From NCBI GenBank assembly GCA_964427735.1, contig CAYRUS010000001.1, positions 356,747-420,746 of the forward strand: a DNA stretch of 64,000 nt, given 5' to 3'. A program made the position numbers and the translations under genes. Under the pieces are notes generated by a model that had not been told where the DNA came from, searched no databases, and was given only the letters and a program-made list of their open reading frames with translations. Positions within the stretch are counted from its first letter, which is position 1. The number at the start of each line of letters is the position of its first letter. Positions 47,403 to 56,249 of the stretch are shown here, in pieces. The DNA comes from an uncultured Gammaproteobacteria bacterium (lineage in GTDB: Bacteria; Patescibacteriota; Microgenomatia; UBA8517).

Positions 47403-49082
47403 TTAGTCTTCTCTAACTACTCTAATCACTTCTTCAATAGTTGTTAATCCGGCTGAAACTTTATTTAATCCGTCTTGTAATAATGTTGTCATTCCTTCTT
47501 TTATAGCTTGATCTTGTATTTGACTACTGGTTGCTTTGTTTGCAATAAGACTTCTTACCTTTTCACTTACATCTAGTGCTTCATAAATACCAATTCTACC
47601 TAGATAACCATTTCCTCCACACTCTTGACATCCTTCACCTTTATAAAATCTTTGATTAGATAAGTCAGTTCCCAAATCTTCACTTAGTTTTCCTAAAACA
47701 GGAGTGTCTGGCTTATACTCTTTAAGACAACTTGAACAAATCTTCCTTACAAGTCTCTGAGCCATTACAATGTTCACAGTAGAAGCAAGTAGATAGCCTT
47801 CTACCCCCATATCAAGCATTCTAGGTACAGCCCCTGAAGCTTGGTTTGTATGCAAAGTTGATAAAACAAGGTGACCAGTCGTAGCAGCATTCACTGCAAT
47901 TTTTGCTGTTTCTGGATCACGAATCTCACCTACCATAATAATATCTGGATCATGTCTAAGAAGTGACCTTAGCCCTGCCGCGAAATCAAGCCCTGCTTTT
48001 GGGTTAACCTGAATTTGGCTCACTCTATTTATTCCATATTCAATAGGATCTTCAATTGTACAGATTTTCACTTCGACCGTGTTTAAAATATTCAATACAG
48101 AATATAAAGTAGTTGTTTTACCGGAACCAGTAGGACCAGTCACTAAAACCATTCCGTGTGGTCTATTGATACTTTTTTGCAAAGACTTTAGAATTGATCC
48201 GCTTAATCCTAACTCTTCTAAGCTGCTTGGCCGATTAGTTTCCAACAATAGCCTCATAACCACGTTTTCTCCATAAAACCCAGGGATTATTGAAATACGA
48301 AGGGAAATTTTATCGTCATCTATAGTAAATTTGTATCGACCGTCTTGAGGTATTCTATGTTCGTCTATTTTTAGATTAGAAAGAATCTTAATTCTTGCAA
48401 TTAACGCATTTTCTATACCTCTGTCTAATTTGACAATATCTTCTAATACACCATCTATTCGAAACCTTATGACTACTTGCTCTGCCATTGTCTCGATATG
48501 TACATCAGATGCTCTCTCTGCGACAGCATAGCTAAGAATGGTGTCCAACACTTTAATAATAGGAAGCTTTTCTGCTGATTTTACAGGATCTTCGTTGGTA
48601 GGAGCTTTTTTAATATTCTCCTCAATTACTGCATCAAAGTCTTTGCGAATATTTTTTTTATACTGACCAAGCGCCCGTCTTATGGATTCTCTACTCGAAT
48701 AAAAAGGTGTAACTTGAAGACCTGTCTGCCTACGAGCTAATTCTATTGCTTCAAAATCCTGTGGATTTTGCATTGCAATTTTTAGTTCCCTAGCATTGGC
48801 ATCAAAAGGAATCATCCAAAAATTACGTGCAACTTTTTCTGGGATGAGATTCAAAACATTTTCTGGAATAACCAACCTACCAACATTTGTGTATGGAACT
48901 TGGAGGTGTTCTGAAATTAATTTCGCAAGAGCATCCTCATTAATGAGTCCTCTAAATAGTAAAATGTCTGTTATATCTCGGCCAAAATCCTCTGAAGTTT
49001 TGGCAGCTTCTTCAAAATCCTTTTCTGAAATATATCCTGATCCAACAAGAATTTGCTTTAAACGGTCTTTGTTTAAGTCCAT
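47403..49082 (-). CDS. pilB: type IV pilus assembly ATPase PilB (GspE family)
   Basis: Walker A GPTGSGKTTTLYS. Asp/His boxes. Tetracysteine CSSC...CQEC. N-terminal GspE_N-like region. Confidence 0.9.
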   Translation of the reverse strand: MDLNKDRLKQILVGSGYISEKDFEEAAKTSEDFGRDITDILLFRGLINEDALAKLISEHLQVPYTNVGRLVIPENVLNLIPEKVARNFWMIPFDANARELKIAMQNPQDFEAIELARRQTGLQVTPFYSSRESIRRALGQYKKNIRKDFDAVIEENIKKAPTNEDPVKSAEKLPIIKVLDTILSYAVAERASDVHIETMAEQVVIRFRIDGVLEDIVKLDRGIENALIARIKILSNLKIDEHRIPQDGRYKFTIDDDKISLRISIIPGFYGENVVMRLLLETNRPSSLEELGLSGSILKSLQKSINRPHGMVLVTGPTGSGKTTTLYSVLNILNTVEVKICTIEDPIEYGINRVSQIQVNPKAGLDFAAGLRSLLRHDPDIIMVGEIRDPETAKIAVNAATTGHLVLSTLHTNQASGAVPRMLDMGVEGYLLASTVNIVMAQRLVRKICSSCLKEYKPDTPVLGKLSEDLGTDLSNQRFYKGEGCQECGGNGYLGRIGIYEALDVSEKVRSLIANKATSSQIQDQAIKEGMTTLLQDGLNKVSAGLTTIEEVIRVVRED

Positions 49083-49183
49083 GGGCAGATTAACTTTATA
49101 TTACACTAGCTTCAATTGTTATACTAGCATTTTGATAACAAGGCTCAGTAGTCCAGAGCTTTGGTATAGACCCAAAGCCACTA

Positions 49184-49870
49184 TTAAGCACTTTTAATCT
49201 TATCGTACCAGTCGCTTAATGCCCGAGACACTACATCCTTTGCACCAAGACCAAAAGATAATCCAACAGCAAGTACTATAGTGTAAGTAAGCCCTTGGAA
49301 AAAAATGTTTATAATCTCTTGTGCAATTTCTAATTGACTTATACCAGCAAATACTGCTGAAACAACAATTAGCCATCTAGCAAATTTACCTAGTAAACGA
49401 GCTAAATCCAGATCTACTGATGCAACTGCTCCCCTGACTAATCCATCCACCAATCTTGATATGATGTATCCTGCTGCAATGATAAACGCAGCCGCAAATA
49501 TATTGGGTATGTAACCTAAAACATCAACCAACACACGAGAAACGGATTCAAGACCAAGAATATCTACTGCTGCCAAGAAGAAAACAAAAATCACAACCCA
49601 TTCCACCAATACACCAACCAATTCTGATAAACTCAAATCTATCTCAGCTTTTTTAAGATAATTTTCTAGACCGGTTGATTTGCTGAATTTCTCCAAATCT
49701 AGATTTTCAAAAAGTTTTACTATGATTTGCTTCAGCCAATACGCAATAATCAAACCTATTATAAAAATTAGAATTGCACCGAGTATGTTTGGGAGTACAG
49801 ATAAGAAAGAATTCCAAACCTGCTGCCATGAATCAATTAAGGCAACTTGCCAGGTTCTTAACGTATTCAA
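49184..49870 (-). CDS. membrane protein with repeated conserved-TM-helix motifs (MscS N-terminal-like)
   Basis: Four similar helices of the form L....A..I...G.....LV. No MscS beta-domain. Confidence 0.4.
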   Translation of the reverse strand: MNTLRTWQVALIDSWQQVWNSFLSVLPNILGAILIFIIGLIIAYWLKQIIVKLFENLDLEKFSKSTGLENYLKKAEIDLSLSELVGVLVEWVVIFVFFLAAVDILGLESVSRVLVDVLGYIPNIFAAAFIIAAGYIISRLVDGLVRGAVASVDLDLARLLGKFARWLIVVSAVFAGISQLEIAQEIINIFFQGLTYTIVLAVGLSFGLGAKDVVSRALSDWYDKIKSA

Positions 49871-49976
49871 AGTTAATCACCTCCTTTCCCACTACTCATA
49901 TTAGAACAAGTTCTTTAGAAGTTGTCAAGTCTATAGGACAATTATTTGTGAAGGAAGATAATAATAGTGAATTTTA

Positions 49977-50358
49977 TAGCTGGAGGCTAGTAAGCCAGGT
50001 TCTGTTTACTACTCTCAAATAAAGAAAGTAGCTGACAATCATCTATCTTTGCCCTTCCTTGAAACGTATCCTATTGGATTCGGGAAGACATCCTTATAAC
50101 GTCCCGGTCGAAGGTTGCTGCGGAGGGGATTGCCCGTTTCACTCGCCTTACTTCATCTAAAAGTAAAGAGACTCGTCTCTGTTGCTCTCAAAAGTGGTTA
50201 ATTCCACTTCTGTGTCACTTTTAAAGTGACCACCAGCCCTTCATTTCAATTAGTATTTATTACTATTGAAATTTCAGGTCACCGATTGCCCGGCGTCTCC
50301 TGTCTTCTGCAGCCTGGACTTTCCTCTACAATAAGTAGCGATTGTCCCGCCTCCAGCG
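49977..50358 (-). ncRNA. rnpB: RNase P RNA, bacterial type A
   Basis: Minus-strand read: P1 GCUGGAGGC/GCCUCCAGC. P2 GACAAUC/GAUUGUC. P4 5' strand GAGGAAAGUCCAGGCUGC. GCAGCAAC...UUAUAAGGAUG (P15-P18 region). P4 3' strand ACAGAACCUGGCUUAC. Spurious + strand ORFs overlap it. Confidence 0.8.
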
Positions 50359-50363
50359 CTGTT

Positions 50364-50392
50364 ATTATACCATAGATAAGGCAATTTTTGAA
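50364..50392 (-). promoter_or_regulatory. sigma70-like promoter of rnpB
   Basis: Minus strand: TTCAAA, 17-bp spacer, TGgTATAAT, ending about 6-7 nt before the predicted RNA 5' end. Confidence 0.5.
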
Positions 50393-50425
50393 GCTAATCA
50401 TTCCTATTCTAAACCCAAAAATGGG

Positions 50426-50773
50426 TTAAAAAGTATAATTACTCAACCAAATCACATAATCCAAACCATCCACAAATCCGTTGCCATCATAGTCTCCTTT
50501 TGTTCCTGAAGCTACCTGTTTATTGTAATTTAAAAGCCAAATTACATAATCCAAGCCATCGACTTTACCATCTTGATTTGCATCACCAGGTTTTGGATTA
50601 TTGGGGTTTGTCACTGGCGGAGTAATGGGTGTATCATGACTTGCCTTTGAGAGCCTAAAATCCTTTGGATCCAGGACATAAAATACACTTACAGGTATTG
50701 TTAGCAATGTTAAAACTAGTAAAGCCAAACTAATTTTGTTACTGAAATTTCGATTAATATATCTTCCAAACAT
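50426..50773 (-). CDS. membrane-anchored mini-protein with a dockerin-like double Ca-binding repeat
   Basis: N-terminal TM. Pro-rich linker. Two repeats, DANQDGKVDGLDYVIWLLNY and DYDGNGFVDGLDYVIWLSNY, match the dockerin type I pattern. Confidence 0.55.
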   Translation of the reverse strand: MFGRYINRNFSNKISLALLVLTLLTIPVSVFYVLDPKDFRLSKASHDTPITPPVTNPNNPKPGDANQDGKVDGLDYVIWLLNYNKQVASGTKGDYDGNGFVDGLDYVIWLSNYTF

Positions 50774-50814
50774 TAAATTTTTGTTAAGCTATTTTTATGG
50801 TAGATTAAAGCAAA

Positions 50815-51972
50815 GTGGTTAGTCAAATAAAATTATCCAAAAATAACGGCCTATTTATTAAAACTCTTTGTCTTGGATTTTTACTTTTACCATTTATATA
50901 TTATCCACCACTATATTTGCCATACGAAATCCCGCGAGTACTGTTTGTTTTGCTTTGGGTAGAATTAATGATAGTTATTTTCTTGATAACAAGAAGTCAA
51001 GCTAAAATAAAAGTTTCTAGGCAATCAAAACTCTCAGTTTTTCTCTTATTTGTTGCCTTTATAGGCTCTTTTTTGGGATCAAATTTACAAAAAAGCATAA
51101 TTGGTAATTTTTATCGTTTAGACGGGTTAATAACTTTAATACATCTAGTGGTTTTTTCCTTAATAGTTTCAAACTTATGGCAAAAAAAGTATAAACAAGC
51201 ATTATACAAAACTTTTTTGATTGCCAATACTGTTTTATCATTTTTTGTGATTTTAAGTGCGATTCAACTTGTGATTGCCAATCATATGCAAAATGGCATT
51301 AATATCTTTTTTGGACAACCAAATTTTTTGGCAGGATATATTTTAATTACAATCCCTTTTTCAGCTTTTTTATATAAAGACAACCTAAAAAAACTACTAA
51401 TAGTTATAATCCCCCAATCTTTGGCAATAATCTCTACTCATTCTAGAGCTAGTATTATTCTACTCGTTATTTTTTTATGTTTATTTTTTGTCTACAAATC
51501 TCGTGATAAGTATTTAAAATACCTTGGATTATTTTTTGTTTTTACAAGTATCTTAGTATCTGCTTTTTATCTAAAACATTCCCAAAGTCCTTTGTTTGTT
51601 GCTGAGGGAAGAGAACGAATCTTTAAAAAAGGACTACTCGCGTTCCAACAAAAACCTTTATTGGGATGGGGTTGGGCAAACTTTGACCATGCATTTGATA
51701 ACACCGTGTGGCCTTTTAAATTAAACAATGATGTTTATGTAGACAAAGCCCATTCACATTTTTTGGAGTATCTTGTAACTACCGGATTTATTGGTTTTTT
51801 AGCTTACATTCTTCTCATATCGTTTACAATACTTACCTTAAAAAGGAATAAAGAATTTGGATTATTGATTGTTTTAATGCTTTATATAATTCATTCACAA
51901 ACTAATGTGGTTTCAATAGCAGAAGATATAATATTTTGGTTTATTGTAGGTGTGTCAGGGAATAAAACTTAA
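50815..51972 (+). CDS. O-antigen ligase / O-oligosaccharyltransferase family (Wzy_C) membrane protein
   Basis: About 10-12 TM. Periplasmic-loop motif KAHSHFLEYLVTTGFIGF matches the WaaL/PglL/TfpO pattern. Confidence 0.6.
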   Translation: MVSQIKLSKNNGLFIKTLCLGFLLLPFIYYPPLYLPYEIPRVLFVLLWVELMIVIFLITRSQAKIKVSRQSKLSVFLLFVAFIGSFLGSNLQKSIIGNFYRLDGLITLIHLVVFSLIVSNLWQKKYKQALYKTFLIANTVLSFFVILSAIQLVIANHMQNGINIFFGQPNFLAGYILITIPFSAFLYKDNLKKLLIVIIPQSLAIISTHSRASIILLVIFLCLFFVYKSRDKYLKYLGLFFVFTSILVSAFYLKHSQSPLFVAEGRERIFKKGLLAFQQKPLLGWGWANFDHAFDNTVWPFKLNNDVYVDKAHSHFLEYLVTTGFIGFLAYILLISFTILTLKRNKEFGLLIVLMLYIIHSQTNVVSIAEDIIFWFIVGVSGNKT

Positions 51973-52949
51973 GAAGCCTTGTCTAGCACATATTCATCAA
52001 TTAAAACTTGGAGTGTAATAACGACAGGTACAGACATAAAAACACCTACTATTCCCGCTACCTTAAAACCAATGGCAAGTGCAAGCAAAGTTACAATTGG
52101 ACTAACTCCAGCTGATCTTTGCATTACTTTTGGTACAAATAAATAATTTTCCATTTGCTGAATTAAAAAGGCAAGAGCTACAGTAGCAAAACCCATAACC
52201 GGAGATATTCCAAACCCTATAATCACAGCTGGAATTGCAGAAATAATAGGACCTAAATAGGGTATTATTTCCAGCAGTCCAGCTAATATTGCCAAAGGCA
52301 AAGCATAGGGTATACCAAGCAGTAAAAGTCCAACGTAGGTTGATATGCCGACAAGGAAAACTAATGCTAATTGTCCTCTTGCCCAACCTCCGAGTCTTTT
52401 TTCAAGCTTATCTACGATTCTTGTTATTTCGTTTTGGGTTTTTTCATCAAAAAAAGTACCTACCTGGTTGTCTAGTTTATTCCTGGCTAAAAGCAAATAA
52501 AAAGCAAAAATTAATACTGTTAATATCCCAAACAGATCAGAAAACACTGCTAAGCCAAAACGGGCAATCTGAGCAGGAAGTCTACCTATTTCCGATACAA
52601 TTTCATTCACAATTCTGTCAGAAAAATCTCCTGCGAACCCATTACTGGATAAGTATGTTGGAATATCATTTACAAATGTTGTCGTCTGTTCTATCAAAGG
52701 AGGGACTATCCCGGCTATTGAAGTTATAACCAAACCAATAAACAAAAGATACACAAGCAAAATTGAAAGAGCACGGGGAATATGATTTTTAGCAAGACGC
52801 TCAACCAGAGGATTGAGTATAGCCATTATTAGAAGAGCAACAAAAAATTGTATAAGAATTTCTCGAATATAAAAAAGGAACCAAATACATATTAAAAAAA
52901 TAACTGTAAAAATAATTGTTTTGTGCGATATTTCAATTTTTCTTGGCAT
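51969..52949 (-). CDS. AI-2E family transporter (PerM/YdiK-like)
   Basis: Eight-TM architecture. Typical PYALPLAILAGLLEIIPYLGPIISAIP segment. Confidence 0.8.
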   Translation of the reverse strand: MPRKIEISHKTIIFTVIFLICIWFLFYIREILIQFFVALLIMAILNPLVERLAKNHIPRALSILLVYLLFIGLVITSIAGIVPPLIEQTTTFVNDIPTYLSSNGFAGDFSDRIVNEIVSEIGRLPAQIARFGLAVFSDLFGILTVLIFAFYLLLARNKLDNQVGTFFDEKTQNEITRIVDKLEKRLGGWARGQLALVFLVGISTYVGLLLLGIPYALPLAILAGLLEIIPYLGPIISAIPAVIIGFGISPVMGFATVALAFLIQQMENYLFVPKVMQRSAGVSPIVTLLALAIGFKVAGIVGVFMSVPVVITLQVLIDEYVLDKAS

Positions 52950-52961
52950 AAGTGCTGCTGC

Positions 52962-53930
52962 TTATTCTTTTTCCTTATACCATTCTTTTACCAAATTTTC
53001 CACTAATTTATGGCAATCTTTTTGATTTGCATCAAACCATTTAATTTCTTTGTCTCTTTTGAACCAGGTAATTTGACGTTTTGCATACTGCTTTTCTTCC
53101 CTAATCCAGTTTTTCACAGCCTCCTCTTTTGAAACTTTTCCTTGGTGGTAATCTAGCCATTGTCTGTAACCTAAGGAAGTCATTGACTGAGAATTAATGT
53201 TAATTCCTAGATCTAGAAGCTTATTGAATTCTTCTTCAAAACCTTGGTCTAATCTCTGAACAACTCTTTTTTCAATTTTCTTATAAAGTAAATCTTTATC
53301 TAATCTAAGACCAATTTTTAGAGTATTGAAATTTTTGGGTACAATTTTTTTTAAATTCTTACCCGAATATTTTTCAATCTCAATAGCACGAATTAGACGT
53401 CTGGGATTATTTTTATCAGATTGATTTAAACTTAGTGCTTTTTCTGGATTAATATTTAATAGCTCACTATATAATTCTGCAGGGCTCTTATTTAATAAAG
53501 TCTTTCTTATCTTCTCATTTCTAGGAACTTCAATTGTATCTATTCCCTCAGTTATTGACTGTATGTACAGACCAGTCCCACCTTCTACAATTGGTAACCT
53601 ATTTCTTTCATGGATATTTTCAATTAAAGCTCTAGCAAATTCCTGAAAATATGCGACACTAAACTCTTCGTATGGGGAAATTAAATCATATCCCCAGATT
53701 TTTGTATTTCCGTCAGAATAAAATCCAATTTTCTTGTTAAGAACTTCCAAATCAGTCAACTCCATTTCAAAACCATTTGGAATATCTTTTCCTGTTCCAA
53801 TATCCATTCCCTTATACACCTGCCGACTATCAGCAGATATAATTTCTCCATCAAATACTTTAGCCAAATGAAGTGCCAAACTAGTTTTACCAGTACCAGT
53901 TGATCCTAATATTATTAATATTCTCTCCAT
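52962..53930 (-). CDS. miaA: tRNA dimethylallyltransferase
   Basis: P-loop GSTGTGKTSLAL. SADSRQVYKGMDIGTGK. Full-length IPPT architecture. Confidence 0.9.
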   Translation of the reverse strand: MERILIILGSTGTGKTSLALHLAKVFDGEIISADSRQVYKGMDIGTGKDIPNGFEMELTDLEVLNKKIGFYSDGNTKIWGYDLISPYEEFSVAYFQEFARALIENIHERNRLPIVEGGTGLYIQSITEGIDTIEVPRNEKIRKTLLNKSPAELYSELLNINPEKALSLNQSDKNNPRRLIRAIEIEKYSGKNLKKIVPKNFNTLKIGLRLDKDLLYKKIEKRVVQRLDQGFEEEFNKLLDLGININSQSMTSLGYRQWLDYHQGKVSKEEAVKNWIREEKQYAKRQITWFKRDKEIKWFDANQKDCHKLVENLVKEWYKEKE

Positions 53931-53970
53931 CTTGGTTTACATTATAAATGCTCACTGTAAAATATAAAAT

Positions 53971-54414
53971 ATGTCAGAAAAACCTAGTGGATATATACCA
54001 GACAATGAAAACGGTAAAAATACTACACTCACCTTGCAAGAAAGACAAATAAATTTAGATGACCAAAGACTATTTGTTTCTTCTCACTTGGGTACTAATT
54101 TCTCTATATTATTAGAAAGTGAACCAAGTGTTTTCGGTAATCTAAGAGAAAGTGCACAAAACTCAATAACAACCACTTTGGAAGGTATAAGAACGTTTAG
54201 AGAAAATAATAAAGCTTCATTTTGGGAAAAAATAGGTAAAAAGAACACTAATATCTTCCACCTTGAAGGACTAGATGAGAGTGAGAGAGAGATTGCTGCT
54301 GCAGCTCTTATTCGAATGTACAAAATGCCTCGTAGATTGTTAGGATTTATTTCAATGAATATCGTCCTCAATTTACTAGAGAACAAAATCCAACAAATAA
54401 TGAAAAATTTATAG
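53971..54414 (+). CDS. hypothetical protein, probably the 5' part of a frameshifted longer gene (continues in another frame to 54611)
   Basis: ORF ends at a TAG just after the GAAAAATTT run. An ATG-less open frame of about 90 codons continues to 54611. A 1-nt change in the A5 run fuses the two into one protein of about 213 aa. Confidence 0.35.
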   Translation: MSEKPSGYIPDNENGKNTTLTLQERQINLDDQRLFVSSHLGTNFSILLESEPSVFGNLRESAQNSITTTLEGIRTFRENNKASFWEKIGKKNTNIFHLEGLDESEREIAAAALIRMYKMPRRLLGFISMNIVLNLLENKIQQIMKNL

Positions 54415-54607
54415 AAGCAATTGCTAGTGGTTTAGGATTTGAAGAAGATTTTGGAATTATCAGCAATACACTTGTTAGAAACTATCTCGCCGGACAAGAA
54501 TATGACACATTATTTTTACTAATTAACACTCACTTACTAAAGGAAAAAGAAAAATATTCAATAGTTGAATTCTTTAAAAAAATCAAAGGTATTCCTGTAA
54601 TTTTTTG

Positions 54608-55408
54608 CTAACTACTCGCACTTGTATAAAATTTCAGTGCATAGTTCCAAAATTTAATTGAGACAAATATTAAAACAAGTCCTAGCATAAAACCAAAAAT
54701 TACAGCAAAAGGACTCACTAAGCCCATTATCGCCTTTGCTGGCAAAGTTATCATCAACCCAACGGGAACAATAAATGTCAAAACTGCTCTTAGCGGCTGT
54801 CTGTATATATCAACAGGTAAAGTTCCTAAACGGGTAAAATCTCTATAAATCATTATTGTATGATCAAGTTCCAATGTAATAACACCTAAGCTTATTACAG
54901 CTATATGAAAAGCTGCAGCGATTAAAATTCCGTTGAAAATTAAAATTATATATGTAATTACTTGGAAAAAAGTCGGATCAAGAGATTGTCCCACCCAAAT
55001 AATTGCAAGAATGAGAGGAGGAAGTGTCACTAAATCTATCAAATCAATACCACCCAAAAGGACTCTTAAAAGTGCGTTTATTGGTTTTAATAATATCAAA
55101 TCAAACTCACCGCTTATCAGCAAAGGTCGAAAACGATAAACCTCTCTAAACAAAAATTGCGCCAAAATATCGATTAAGTTAAAGGATAAATAAAAAAATA
55201 TTATCTGAGTCCGATCAAACCCTGCAATACTTTGAGTACCACTAAACAAAAAATACAAAAACCCTAAAAAAAGTCCAAACCTTAAAATCTTACCCAACAA
55301 AAACACAAAAAAAAGCATTTTACTGACCATAACAATTTGTAGTGAGTTCTTACTCATTAGTAACCACACTTTCAAATAATGTCTTATGTTATCTACCATA
55401 TGCTCCAT
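54608..55408 (-). CDS. ABC-2-type transporter permease
   Basis: Six TM. Directly downstream of a second permease and the ATPase. Confidence 0.6.
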   Translation of the reverse strand: MEHMVDNIRHYLKVWLLMSKNSLQIVMVSKMLFFVFLLGKILRFGLFLGFLYFLFSGTQSIAGFDRTQIIFFYLSFNLIDILAQFLFREVYRFRPLLISGEFDLILLKPINALLRVLLGGIDLIDLVTLPPLILAIIWVGQSLDPTFFQVITYIILIFNGILIAAAFHIAVISLGVITLELDHTIMIYRDFTRLGTLPVDIYRQPLRAVLTFIVPVGLMITLPAKAIMGLVSPFAVIFGFMLGLVLIFVSIKFWNYALKFYTSASS

Positions 55409-56249
55409 AAACTTTTATACCTCTACTCCATACTTTATTCACAACAAACCATAACACTAGAACCCAGGATCCAGCTATTGCCAGCCCTTGGTAAATCATT
55501 AAAGTAGATATCTTACCTAAATATATTTCTATTGGAAAAAATATTAAGTATGGGAAAGGGGTTAAATATAAAATCTTCAAAAAAACTTGTGGAAATATAT
55601 CTAGTGGGAAAATAGCACCAGAAAGAAATTCAACTACAATTACTGTCACTAAAAAATGTGCACCCCAGGCAAACTCAGGTGTCCAAAAAGGGACAGTGCT
55701 CGTCAATAAAACAATATAAAAATACAAAATAACTGCCAAAGCTAATGCTACCAAAAAACCAAAAATCAAATAAGGATTTTGTTGTAAGTAAATAGGTGGC
55801 TTCAAAAGTAAGTATAAAATAAAGACTTCAAAAGCTGCAAAAGATAAGTTTAATGCCTTACTAGCCATATCTCTTGTAAACCAATAACCAAAAACACTCA
55901 TCGGTTTGGCCAAAAAATCATTAAGACCTCCACCTGCAATCTGTCCGGCTAGATCAGTTGTTTTTGTAGCAAAAACAATTGCTCTTACAAGAAGAACCAT
56001 AAAAATATATGTAAATATTTGAGAACGTGTGTAACCTGCAACTTCCCGATCAGTACCTTGGAAGACTGCGTCCCAAAGAAAAAACAATAAGAAAATCGAG
56101 ATGATATTCCTTACTCTCCACATAACGAAATTAACTCTATATGCAAATTCTTGCTGAATTGAAGTAGAAAAAATTGCTTTAAACTTCTCCATTTTATTTT
56201 TCTCCTTGAAAAATTCTTTTAATAATGTCCTCAAGAGGCTCTTCCTCAA
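55389..56249 (-). CDS. ABC-2-type transporter permease (start probably at internal MEKFK, about 56192)
   Basis: Six TM. With the internal start, its ATG overlaps the ATPase stop by 4 nt. Confidence 0.6.
   Translation of the reverse strand: MRKSLLRTLLKEFFKEKNKMEKFKAIFSTSIQQEFAYRVNFVMWRVRNIISIFLLFFLWDAVFQGTDREVAGYTRSQIFTYIFMVLLVRAIVFATKTTDLAGQIAGGGLNDFLAKPMSVFGYWFTRDMASKALNLSFAAFEVFILYLLLKPPIYLQQNPYLIFGFLVALALAVILYFYIVLLTSTVPFWTPEFAWGAHFLVTVIVVEFLSGAIFPLDIFPQVFLKILYLTPFPYLIFFPIEIYLGKISTLMIYQGLAIAGSWVLVLWFVVNKVWSRGIKVYGAYGR

Noticed and set aside
49774-50022. 82-aa + strand ORF (and neighbouring short ORFs) in the GC-rich island
   Set aside because: Entirely overlapped by the minus-strand RNase P RNA and its promoter. 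The GC richness is explained by RNA structure, not coding.
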